Shown: positions 9,558 through 18,562 of the stretch, in pieces | Numbering within the stretch: position 1 is the stretch's first letter | How the letters are laid out: every line of letters begins with the position of its first letter | Assembly (NCBI GenBank): GCA_964559575.1 | Contig: CAZLGQ010000003.1 | Coordinates: forward strand, 1-38,670 | Source of the DNA: an uncultured Candidatus Saccharibacteria bacterium | GTDB lineage: Bacteria > Patescibacteriota > Minisyncoccia > Phycocordibacterales > CSBR16-193 | Length of the DNA: 38,670 nucleotides | Direction: 5' to 3' | Program-made: the position numbers and the translations under genes | The notes under the pieces: model-generated | The model's database searches: none | Seen by the model: only the letters and a program-made list of their open reading frames with translations | What the model was told of the DNA's origin: nothing

Positions 9558-11174
9558 TTAACTCTTATCTTCTTTGTTTTTATAATTCAAACTTTTAATT
9601 TTCTTTTTAGAAAGAGGAAATTCTATATAAAAGGTTGAACCTTTTCCTTCTCCTTCAGAATGAAAACCAATGCTTCCACCAAGATCTTCTACTATATTCT
9701 TAGTAATATAAAGACCCACTCCCAATCCTTCAGTATACTTTGTTTTGGCTCTACTTCCTCTAAAGAACATAGAAAAGATCATACCTTTAGTTTTACTATC
9801 TATTCCTATTCCGGTATCTTTAACCTCCAATCTGGCGTTATTATTATTTACAGAAAGATTAATGGAAACCTCTCCTCCTCTTGGAGTGTATGTCAGAGCA
9901 TTCTCCAACAGTACTTTTATAATAAATCTGGCACTTCTTTCTTCAATAGACACTATCATACCCTCAGCAATATGATCTTTTATTTCCACACCTTTTTGTT
10001 GGGCTATCTTTTTTTCTTCATTTAAAACTTCCCTACAAACAGAAGACATATCAACATCCCTGTGAAAAGATCTAAACTTTCCTCTTTCTTCCGACACAGT
10101 TATTAAAAGCTCCAAAAGCTCAAGAATATTTTTACTTGAGTAATCAATAACATTAATGGAATCTTTCCCTGTATCTGTTAGTTCTTCATTTTTAAGAGAC
10201 TCTATGGCCCAAGTTATACGAGTAATGGGAGTTCTGAATTTGTGAGTAACTACAGTTATAAAATCTTTCTTTAACTCTTCGGTCTCTTTCATTCCTCTCC
10301 ATACATATAAACCTAAAGAAACGGCTACCAAAGAAAAGATAAAAGGTGTTAACCAATAAGAAAGTAAAGGGTAATGATACTCAATAATACTGTTTAAATA
10401 AAAAAAAGATCCTAGTAACAAAGTACCTAAAAAAACCACAATTGCATAAAAAAGAGCTTTTTTAGCAATAATACGAATATTCATAAGGTCATAACGAACA
10501 ATGGCATAAGCTAAAACCACAAACACAAAAAAACCACTCAATGAAGGACTAAAAGCTAGAAATCTATTATCACCCAAAACCAAAGGTATAAAAAGACTTA
10601 AGACCCCGCCAATGGATACTCCAATAAAGAAACCTAAAAGGACTGTTTTTATCGCTCTTTTAGCTCTTCCTCTTTTTCTGTTCATTTTAGAAACAAGAAC
10701 ACTTACTCCCCAAAAGATATATAAAACCATAAAAGCGGAGAAAATATATACACCCCAGTTCCAATAAACAGATATTTCATTTTGTACGTAATAATAATCG
10801 TAGGAGATCTTTTCAAAAAAAATTATTGGTGCCATTACAACCGGAAATACATATATCAAAACAAGTTTAAACCAAGGAAGTTCTCCTTTGTTCTCAGGAA
10901 AGACATAGGCGAAATAAACAAATAAAGAAAAAATAAAACTTGGCCCTATATATGCTACATTAGACAAAAAGTTTGGGTATAAATACTCAAGTGGATAAGC
11001 CCAAGTCACAAGATGAACTGAAGTCCATAGAAAGTAAGAAACAGTAAAAATTAAAAAAGAAGCATTTACCCTGTTCTTTGGATCTTTCTTAAAGATCCAA
11101 AAACCTAAAGAAAGTAAAGCTACTCCCATTGAAAATATTAAAACACCGATCAAAACTGAATAAGGTTCAATCAT
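9558..11174 (-). CDS. Membrane sensor histidine kinase (7TM-type N-terminus, HisKA, HATPase_c)
   Basis: About 9 TM segments, H-box THKFRTP, N-box ENALTYT, G1 DTGIG, F-box FFRG and G2 GLGVGLY. Confidence 0.92.
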   Translation of the reverse strand: MIEPYSVLIGVLIFSMGVALLSLGFWIFKKDPKNRVNASFLIFTVSYFLWTSVHLVTWAYPLEYLYPNFLSNVAYIGPSFIFSLFVYFAYVFPENKGELPWFKLVLIYVFPVVMAPIIFFEKISYDYYYVQNEISVYWNWGVYIFSAFMVLYIFWGVSVLVSKMNRKRGRAKRAIKTVLLGFFIGVSIGGVLSLFIPLVLGDNRFLAFSPSLSGFFVFVVLAYAIVRYDLMNIRIIAKKALFYAIVVFLGTLLLGSFFYLNSIIEYHYPLLSYWLTPFIFSLVAVSLGLYVWRGMKETEELKKDFITVVTHKFRTPITRITWAIESLKNEELTDTGKDSINVIDYSSKNILELLELLITVSEERGKFRSFHRDVDMSSVCREVLNEEKKIAQQKGVEIKDHIAEGMIVSIEERSARFIIKVLLENALTYTPRGGEVSINLSVNNNNARLEVKDTGIGIDSKTKGMIFSMFFRGSRAKTKYTEGLGVGLYITKNIVEDLGGSIGFHSEGEGKGSTFYIEFPLSKKKIKSLNYKNKEDKS

Positions 11175-11223
11175 AAAAATATTTTATCAAAATTTTTTAA
11201 AATAATCTTCAAGTTTAAAAACC

Positions 11224-12789
11224 CTACACAACAGGAAACTCCATAAAGAAAGTTGAACCCTCTCCTTCTCCTTCGGAATAAAAACCAATATCACCTCCCG
11301 TCTCATCAATTATTCTTTTTGAAATATAGAGTCCTACACCTAAACCTTCGGTATACATTGTTTTGGCTTCGTCTCCTCTGAAAAAGGTCGTAAAGATAAA
11401 GTTCTTTGTTTTTTCATCCATTCCGATACCGGTATCCTTAACTTCCAGTTTGGCTTTTTTGTTTGAAGAAGAAAGAGTTACAGAAACCTTACCTCCTTCC
11501 GGTGTGTACATTATGGCGTTATCGATCAGAGATTTAATAGCAAAAGATACTTTACTTTTCTCGGCAAGAACAAAGATATCTTCGTCAACATTAATATCAA
11601 TACTGATGTTCTTTTGAGAAGCTACTCCTTTGTAATCAAAAAGAATACCTTTTAAAAGTTCAGAAATATTTATCTTTTGATCTAAATTATGTTCTGTTCC
11701 TTTTTCGTCAGATATGGTAGTTAACATGTCTACTAACTCAAGTATATTCTTGGTAGATGTCTCTATGGATCTAATATTTTCTTTGTCTTCTTTTTTTAAA
11801 TCGGATCGTTTAAGGTCATCAAGTGCCCAAACCACCCTAGAAAGAGGAGTTCTGAATTTATGAGTAACAACTGTAACAAACTCATGCTTCATATCTTCAG
11901 AAGCACGCATTCCTTTCCAGATGTATACTCCTAAGAATACAGCGATGATAGAAAATATGGCCGGAATAAGCCAAAGAGAAAGCGTGGGGTAATCTTCTTC
12001 TATAAATCTACTTAAGAAAATCGTACCACTTAACAAAAGGGTTGATGAAGCAACGACGGTGGCATAAAATAGGGCTCTTTTGGCTATTACCTTTATTTCC
12101 ATAAGATCGTAGCGGACGATGGCGTAAGCAACCATAAAAACCACAACTAAAGATGATAAAGATGGACCAAGATCAATTAAATCAGATCTATTAAAAAAAA
12201 TAGGAAGAAAAACCGTAAAAAAAGTCCCTATAACCAATCCGGAAACTAATGCAAAGGAAACGATCAGTAGAGATCTTCTGTTTGTTCTTCCTTTTTCATT
12301 TTTTAATTTATACAAAAAATTAAAAGCAATTAAAGCTATAAATATAAATATCAAGAAGTGATAAAGATACGAACCCCAACCCCACCCTATTGAGTATCCA
12401 CCACCCGGATCAACTTCCCAAAAAGTGGTAATCCTTTGAGTTAAAGCAAGAGGAATCGTTATGACGGGAAGTAAAAAAATAAGTATTGTTTTTCTTCTAG
12501 AAACTTTCTCATCAGCCTTAGGAAATATGTATGAAAAATACAAGAAAAAAGTAAAAGTAAAAGAAGATGCAAGATAGGACATATTAGACCAAAAATTAAG
12601 AATCTCGCTTACCGGAGGAGAGAGATTAAAAAGAAAGTGAGCATAATTCCAAGAAAAAGCTGATACAACTATCGCAAAAAAGACTTGATTTATCTTATTG
12701 TAAGGACCCCTTAAAGAGACCCACAAACCCAAAACCAAAAGAAAAGCACTTGGTATTATAATGATCAGAGAAGATGTTATGGAATCCAT
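11224..12789 (-). CDS. Membrane sensor histidine kinase, tandem paralog
   Basis: Same architecture: AYAIVRYDLM, THKFRTP, DNAIMYT, DTGIG and GLGVGLY. Confidence 0.92.
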   Translation of the reverse strand: MDSITSSLIIIIPSAFLLVLGLWVSLRGPYNKINQVFFAIVVSAFSWNYAHFLFNLSPPVSEILNFWSNMSYLASSFTFTFFLYFSYIFPKADEKVSRRKTILIFLLPVITIPLALTQRITTFWEVDPGGGYSIGWGWGSYLYHFLIFIFIALIAFNFLYKLKNEKGRTNRRSLLIVSFALVSGLVIGTFFTVFLPIFFNRSDLIDLGPSLSSLVVVFMVAYAIVRYDLMEIKVIAKRALFYATVVASSTLLLSGTIFLSRFIEEDYPTLSLWLIPAIFSIIAVFLGVYIWKGMRASEDMKHEFVTVVTHKFRTPLSRVVWALDDLKRSDLKKEDKENIRSIETSTKNILELVDMLTTISDEKGTEHNLDQKINISELLKGILFDYKGVASQKNISIDINVDEDIFVLAEKSKVSFAIKSLIDNAIMYTPEGGKVSVTLSSSNKKAKLEVKDTGIGMDEKTKNFIFTTFFRGDEAKTMYTEGLGVGLYISKRIIDETGGDIGFYSEGEGEGSTFFMEFPVV

Positions 12790-12857
12790 ATATCTATATA
12801 TTCTTATTAAATAAATTTTAACAGAAAAAATAAAAAAATTCTTTTAAAAACATCCTT

Positions 12858-13880
12858 TTAAGTTTGAGATATTATCCTTTCAACATCTTCGGAATTTTGA
12901 GCTGACATAAGTTTTGATCTTAACTCTTTAGCTCCTTCCCATCCGGAAACATATCCTCTAAAATGCTTTTTTACTTCAGAAAAATTCTTCTTTCCTGAAA
13001 ATAACTTTTCAAAAAGATAACAGTGTTCCAAAAGAACTTCTAGTCTTTTTTCTTTTGATATATCGGATATATCAACATCAGGATCAAAAAACCATGGATT
13101 ACCTAAAACCGCTCTTCCTACCATTCCACCATCCGCTCCTGATTTTTTTACTTTTTCATAAAGATCATGAACAGAAAAAAGATCTCCGTTACCTAAAATC
13201 ACTGTTTCTTTATTTATCTTATCACGAATATGAACAGCTTTTTCTACCAAACTCCATCTGGCTGGAGCTTTATACATATCTTTTTTTGTTCTGGCGTGTA
13301 GGATCAGAGCATCGGGCTTTGCTTCTAATATTACACTTAACCAATCCTCAATTTCATCTTCAGAAAAGTACCCGGCTCTGGTTTTAACCGAAAGAGGAAC
13401 CTCTCCCAGTTCTTTTTTTAAACCCCTTATTATATCTCCGGCTAATTTCGGATCTTTAATGAGTTCCGAACCGGCACCCTGTTTACAAACCGATCTATCC
13501 GGACATCCCATATTAAGATCAACTCCATTAAAACCCATTTCTACCGCCATAGAGGCAGACCTTTTTAATCTATCAAGATCAGAAGAAAAAAACTGAACCA
13601 CTATCGGTCTTTCAATTTCGGAATACTTCATATTTATCTTTATCTCTTCTTTTTCTCCCCAAAAAAGACCATCGGAAGAAATAAATTCAGTATAAACAAC
13701 ATCAAGAGACCTTGATCTAAAAGAGGACAGCTCTTCTTCTCCATAATTTCCAATATCTTTTCCTTTATAGTTTGAATACTTAACAACCATAAAACGGAAA
13801 GCGGCGTCAGTAACTCCCGACATAGGAGCTAGAGCAACTATCGGATGTGATATTTTTTTCCAAAAGTTAAGATCCTTCAT
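12858..13880 (-). CDS. dus: tRNA-dihydrouridine synthase
   Basis: LAPMSGVTD, DLNMGCP (catalytic Cys), GAGSEL, SVKTR, HART and GNGD. Confidence 0.93.
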   Translation of the reverse strand: MKDLNFWKKISHPIVALAPMSGVTDAAFRFMVVKYSNYKGKDIGNYGEEELSSFRSRSLDVVYTEFISSDGLFWGEKEEIKINMKYSEIERPIVVQFFSSDLDRLKRSASMAVEMGFNGVDLNMGCPDRSVCKQGAGSELIKDPKLAGDIIRGLKKELGEVPLSVKTRAGYFSEDEIEDWLSVILEAKPDALILHARTKKDMYKAPARWSLVEKAVHIRDKINKETVILGNGDLFSVHDLYEKVKKSGADGGMVGRAVLGNPWFFDPDVDISDISKEKRLEVLLEHCYLFEKLFSGKKNFSEVKKHFRGYVSGWEGAKELRSKLMSAQNSEDVERIISQT

Positions 13881-13881
13881 A

Positions 13882-14871
13882 CTACTCTCTTAATTTAGGT
13901 TGAAAATGATCAGTTAAATCCACCTTTTTTGATTCATAAGACATTTCTCCATCTTTAACTAAAACCGTAAACACCAAACCTTCCATTGTTTCTTTTGAAA
14001 AGTACTGGTCAAATATAAAGTTTCCTAAACTATATACTATAACTCCGTTATTATACTCCTCTATAGGTTGAATAACGTGAGGATGATGTCCAATAACCAA
14101 ATCTGCTCCGAGATCTATCGCTTTAGTTGCCAAAAACCTCTGCCTTTCACTTGGCTCTTTCATATACTCTTTGCCAAAATGATATGAAACGACCAATAAG
14201 TCAACTTCTTTTGCGGATTTTTCTATTAAAACATCATGATAATCAGATCTTGATAAAAGTATTCCGGGATTTTTATCATCAGCTTCCAACCAATCAGGAC
14301 CAATATCAGTAAAACCCAAAAAACCAACTTTAAAATCTTCTATTTTAATTACAGAAACTTCTTTTGCATCTTTTAGATCAAAACCGCCACCCACCGAACT
14401 TATACCATAAGCATCTAATCTATTTAGCGTATCTGAAAAAGCGTCCAATCCCCAATCTCCTGCATGATTATTAGCAACCGATAAAACAGAAAAGTTATAA
14501 TCCGAAAGATGATCCAAAACCAAAGGATCCATTCTAAAAGAGTAAATACCTCCTACATCCATTCCTTTATCAGAAACCGGTCCTTCTAAATTACCAAAAA
14601 CAATTTCAAAATCTTTTAAAAAATCAAGATACTTTGTTATATACCCATAACCACCATGTTTATCTGCAATGTTTCTTACTCCTCTGTCCATCATTATATC
14701 TCCCACAAAAGCCATCTCTAAAGAAACCGGATCTTCTTTTTCGTAAGAAACAGTATCATCGGGTCTAATAAATGTAGAAGTAAAATTTAAATACAAAAAA
14801 ACTACCAAAATAACAAAAAAAGATGCAGACAAAACAAAAAACAGATGATAAAAAATATCTTTATTGCTCAT
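13882..14871 (-). CDS. CapA/PgsA-family membrane-anchored metallophosphoesterase
   Basis: N-terminal TM, VGDIM, GNLEG, ANNH, GHHPH and YSLGNFIFDQ. Confidence 0.92.
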   Translation of the reverse strand: MSNKDIFYHLFFVLSASFFVILVVFLYLNFTSTFIRPDDTVSYEKEDPVSLEMAFVGDIMMDRGVRNIADKHGGYGYITKYLDFLKDFEIVFGNLEGPVSDKGMDVGGIYSFRMDPLVLDHLSDYNFSVLSVANNHAGDWGLDAFSDTLNRLDAYGISSVGGGFDLKDAKEVSVIKIEDFKVGFLGFTDIGPDWLEADDKNPGILLSRSDYHDVLIEKSAKEVDLLVVSYHFGKEYMKEPSERQRFLATKAIDLGADLVIGHHPHVIQPIEEYNNGVIVYSLGNFIFDQYFSKETMEGLVFTVLVKDGEMSYESKKVDLTDHFQPKLRE

Positions 14872-15694
14872 TTTCCTTCATCTTACGATAAACTCTTCCA
14901 TCAAAACGAAGATCCAGATAATAAAATGCCGGATCTCCATCAACCACGAGTTCTTCAGTACTTCCCCTAAAAAAACTATGCAGTTTAGAGAAATCCTCTT
15001 CCAAAGAACCTTCGCTGTTTAAATATATATGACCCTCTCCTTTAAGAAATATTTTTATCTTTTGATCTTCATTGTTTATATAAACAGCATTTGATCTAAG
15101 ATCAAGATTCTCTATATGTAAAATGAACTCTCTTATCTCTTCCAATTTATCCGGAGAAGTTACATAAGACCTTATAGGTTGATCCAAATCAACATCTCCT
15201 CCATAGTACCTAAAAAAGACATGCCCCGAAAAAAAAGGAGCCGGAGAATACACAAAGCCATTCTCATCTACATAAAAACACTCTTTTGATTTTTCAGGGC
15301 TTTCACCGCACCATAAAAACTCCGAATCCCTTTCTTTTACAGAGATCTTTAAAGTATTTAAGTCCACTCGCTTAATATCAAGATCTTTTATACGAGGAAT
15401 ATTGAATCTCAAAGCTCTATCCAGCTCTTCTTTGGGATAGATCAAAAAATTTCTTCTAGGTAAGAAAACATAAGAACCGGAAATAACATCCGCAGTTATA
15501 TCAAGGATCTCTGACTTATCTATTACACCGTCAATTTCAAGATCTACTTTTCTTATTTCAAAATATTCCAAACGGGAAACAAAAGTGATCAAAATAATAA
15601 CCAAAACAGTCCCCAAAAAAATTATTCCGAGTCTATCAAAAAAAGCCTTTATTTTTTCTTCTCTTTTTTTCTTTTTAGCTTTGGAAATAGGCAT
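14861..15694 (-). CDS. ftsQ: FtsQ/DivIB-like cell division protein
   Basis: Basic cytoplasmic N-terminus, single TM, POTRA-like region (NTLKISVKER) and C-terminal YLDLRF. Confidence 0.7.
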   Translation of the reverse strand: MPISKAKKKKREEKIKAFFDRLGIIFLGTVLVIILITFVSRLEYFEIRKVDLEIDGVIDKSEILDITADVISGSYVFLPRRNFLIYPKEELDRALRFNIPRIKDLDIKRVDLNTLKISVKERDSEFLWCGESPEKSKECFYVDENGFVYSPAPFFSGHVFFRYYGGDVDLDQPIRSYVTSPDKLEEIREFILHIENLDLRSNAVYINNEDQKIKIFLKGEGHIYLNSEGSLEEDFSKLHSFFRGSTEELVVDGDPAFYYLDLRFDGRVYRKMKENEQ

Positions 15695-15700
15695 CTACCT

Positions 15701-15709
15701 AGTATAACA
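15701..15709 (-). promoter_or_regulatory. Extended -10 promoter (leaderless) of the ftsQ-like gene
   Basis: TGTTATACT, ending 6 nt before the ATG at 15694. Confidence 0.55.
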
Positions 15710-15713
15710 CCAA

Positions 15714-16988
15714 CTAAGAAACAGGTTCCAATCTTTCACGGTTATTCATATAAGGACGAAGAGCCTCCGGTATTAGTACCGAACCATCAGCCTGTTGATT
15801 GTTTTCAAGAATAGATATAAGTAAACGAGGTGTAGGAGCGGCGGTACAGTTTAGTGAGTGAACAAAAAACATTTTGCCATCCGTATCACGATAACGAATA
15901 TTCAACCTTCTGGTTTGAAAATCATGGAAATAAGAAGCAGAACTTATCTCACGGTACTTATCTTCCGAAGGAACCCAAAGTTCTACATCATACTTTTTAA
16001 CCTGTCCTAAACCAAGATCACCACCACAGTTTATAACAGTTCTATAAGGAATACCTAGAGTTTCAATAAAAGCTTCTATATTTCCATTTATCCATTCATG
16101 CCACCTTACCGACTCTTCGTGATTAGCTTCACATAAAATCACCTGTTCAAATTTATAGAACTCATGAACACGCATTAATCCTTTAGTGTCTTTTCCGTAT
16201 GATCCGGCTTCTCTGCGAAAACATGGAGAAAATCCTAAAAACTTAATAGGTAGATCTTTTTTATCTATGATCTCATCCATATAGTAACCCATAATAGGAA
16301 CTTCCGATGTTCCGGTTAGATATTGACCATCCTGAGTTTTATAAAGATCATCTTCTCCTTGAGGTATATATCCGGTTCCTAAAAACATCTCTTTGTTTAT
16401 AAGGCTTGGCGTCATTATGGGAGTAAATCCACTTCCTTTCATAAAGAAATCTATGGCATGTTGCCAAAGAGCAAAGTTCAAAAGAAAACCATCTCTTTTG
16501 AGAAAGTACCCTCTAAATCCGGAAACCTTGGTTCCTCTTTCAAAGTCAGCCAGTTTCAAGGTATCCGCTATCTCAACATGACTCTTGGGAGTAAAGTTAA
16601 ATTTTGGTTTACTCCCCCACTCTTTTATTTCTTTATTCTCCTCATCACTTTTTCCTTCCGGAACCGTAACATCAGGAATATTTGGAACAAGTAACATATA
16701 ACTTCTCCACTCTTTTATAATACCTTGAAGTTTAGACTCTCTTTCTTTGAGTTCCTCTTTTAACTCTTGCATTTTTTTTATCGCCTCTTCTTTTTGAGGA
16801 CCGGAAGACTGAGAGATCTCTTGATTAGCAGTATTTTGTTTTTCTCTTAACTTTTCAACTACTTGAATCAGGGATCTTCTTTTATCATCAATTTCCAAAA
16901 GTCTATCTATATCAACATCAACATTTTTTTTGCGAGCAGAATCTTTTATTATATCTTTATTCTCTCTAATAAAATTTATATCTAACAT
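15714..16988 (-). CDS. serS: Serine--tRNA ligase
   Basis: MLDINFIREN, coiled-coil arm, TSEVP, FRREAG, RVHEFYK and EISSAS. Confidence 0.98.
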   Translation of the reverse strand: MLDINFIRENKDIIKDSARKKNVDVDIDRLLEIDDKRRSLIQVVEKLREKQNTANQEISQSSGPQKEEAIKKMQELKEELKERESKLQGIIKEWRSYMLLVPNIPDVTVPEGKSDEENKEIKEWGSKPKFNFTPKSHVEIADTLKLADFERGTKVSGFRGYFLKRDGFLLNFALWQHAIDFFMKGSGFTPIMTPSLINKEMFLGTGYIPQGEDDLYKTQDGQYLTGTSEVPIMGYYMDEIIDKKDLPIKFLGFSPCFRREAGSYGKDTKGLMRVHEFYKFEQVILCEANHEESVRWHEWINGNIEAFIETLGIPYRTVINCGGDLGLGQVKKYDVELWVPSEDKYREISSASYFHDFQTRRLNIRYRDTDGKMFFVHSLNCTAAPTPRLLISILENNQQADGSVLIPEALRPYMNNRERLEPVS

Positions 16989-17115
16989 AAAACAAATAAC
17001 TATTAACTAATAATGATCCCTGATAAAGATCTTATATAAATATATTACCTTCTTTAAAAAGAAATTAAAAGAATATCAACGAGTTAAAATCTAACTTTGG
17101 TGTTAAAGTATAAAA

Positions 17116-17976
17116 ATGGACCAAAAGATAAAAGAACTAAAACCGAAATACTTTCCTTATCTACTAAACGAAATAGATGATCCTCCGGACAGACTGTACC
17201 TAAAAGGAGAACTCCCTTCAAAGGATCTAACATTTCTCTGTGTAGTAGGATCAAGAAAGATCTCAGATTACGGAAAGAGAGCCTGTTCTAAAATAATAGA
17301 AGATCTCTCCGGTCTACCTATTGTTATAGTTTCCGGATTAGCTTTAGGAATTGATGCCAAAGCTCATGAATCCGCAATTAAAGTAGGTTTAAAAACAGTC
17401 GCAGTTCCCGGATCCGGACTTGATCCTTCCGTAATATATCCTAAAAGTCATCTAAATCTCTCAGAAAAAATAGTAAGATCAGGTGGGGCTCTTCTTTCGG
17501 AATTTGAACCAAATTTTGAAGCAACAAAATGGAGTTTCCCAAAAAGAAACAGAATAATGGCCGGAATATCTCATGGTGTTTTAGTTATAGAAGCACAAAA
17601 AAAATCGGGAAGTTTAATAACCGCAAAGCTGGGGCTTGAATATAACAGAGAGATCATGGCTGTTCCGGGTTCTATCTTTTCTTCCTTATCTTCAGGAACA
17701 AACTATTTAATACAACAAGGAGCTTACGCTATAAACAACGCAAAAGATATTCAAGATATCTTTGGTATTAAAAAAAACAAAGATCCAAAAACAGAATTAA
17801 TGCTTTCTGATGAAGAAAAAAAGATCCTGAAATTCATCATATCTCCTATAAATAAAAATGAACTAATAAAAAAAAGTAAAATGGATGTATCAAAAGTTAA
17901 TACCTTAATATCTTCCCTTGAAATAAAAGGGGCGGTTTATGAGTCCGGAGGTAATATATATCCGGAAAAAAACTAA
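17116..17976 (+). CDS. dprA: DNA-processing protein DprA
   Basis: VVGSR, VSGLALGIDAKAH, FPKRNRIMAG, KSGSLITA and a C-terminal winged helix. Confidence 0.96.
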   Translation: MDQKIKELKPKYFPYLLNEIDDPPDRLYLKGELPSKDLTFLCVVGSRKISDYGKRACSKIIEDLSGLPIVIVSGLALGIDAKAHESAIKVGLKTVAVPGSGLDPSVIYPKSHLNLSEKIVRSGGALLSEFEPNFEATKWSFPKRNRIMAGISHGVLVIEAQKKSGSLITAKLGLEYNREIMAVPGSIFSSLSSGTNYLIQQGAYAINNAKDIQDIFGIKKNKDPKTELMLSDEEKKILKFIISPINKNELIKKSKMDVSKVNTLISSLEIKGAVYESGGNIYPEKN

Positions 17977-18434
17977 GAGATCTCATCCATTTCAAAAGGT
18001 ACCAACCTTTCAAATTCCTTCCATTTCATCTCAACAGAACGATCTCTTCTGCCAACATTAAAAATTATACTTTCTACATCTTTGACACTGTCGTCAACTA
18101 TCATTTTTACTCCACAGATCAAACCAAACGGATAACATCCACCAACTTCACAACCCATAACCGACAGAACTTCTTCGTGAGAAACCAAACGGACATCACT
18201 AACTCCTAAAATAGACCGAATCTTTTTAGAAGAAACCTTTCTTTCACCGGGTAAAACCAAAAGAACCAATCCTTTTTCTGTTTTAAAAAGAAGGGACTTT
18301 ACACCTAAAGCTTTGGAACCCTTAACCTCCTTGGCTTCTTTGCTTGTAATAACCGGTTTGTGTTTACACAAAAGATATTCAGCGTTATTAAAATCAAGAA
18401 AAGATATTATTTCATTGTAAGGGTCTTTTTCCAT
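17973..18434 (-). CDS. YbaK/EbsC aminoacyl-tRNA deacylase family
   Basis: VKSLL, GCEVGGCYPFG and FNVGRRDRS. The ATG at 18434 is preferred over the ORF-track start at 18452. Confidence 0.85.
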   Translation of the reverse strand: MEKDPYNEIISFLDFNNAEYLLCKHKPVITSKEAKEVKGSKALGVKSLLFKTEKGLVLLVLPGERKVSSKKIRSILGVSDVRLVSHEEVLSVMGCEVGGCYPFGLICGVKMIVDDSVKDVESIIFNVGRRDRSVEMKWKEFERLVPFEMDEIS

Positions 18435-18486
18435 AAAAATATCTAAGATCAAAAAAATGTTAACATAAATAAAAAATACTGTCCTC

Positions 18487-18515
18487 TTGACTATAATTAA
18501 ACATTTGGTTAATCT
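18487..18515 (+). promoter_or_regulatory. Putative sigma70 promoter of topA
   Basis: TTGACT-17-TAATCT. Confidence 0.5.
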
Positions 18516-18562
18516 TTTGAAATTTGCAAAATATTCATCCTTATAGTAGTAATGTATAAAAC

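Noticed and set aside
13882-14871. Poly-gamma-glutamate capsule operon
   Set aside because: Only a CapA-family gene is present, with no capB or capC; stand-alone CapA homologs are widespread.
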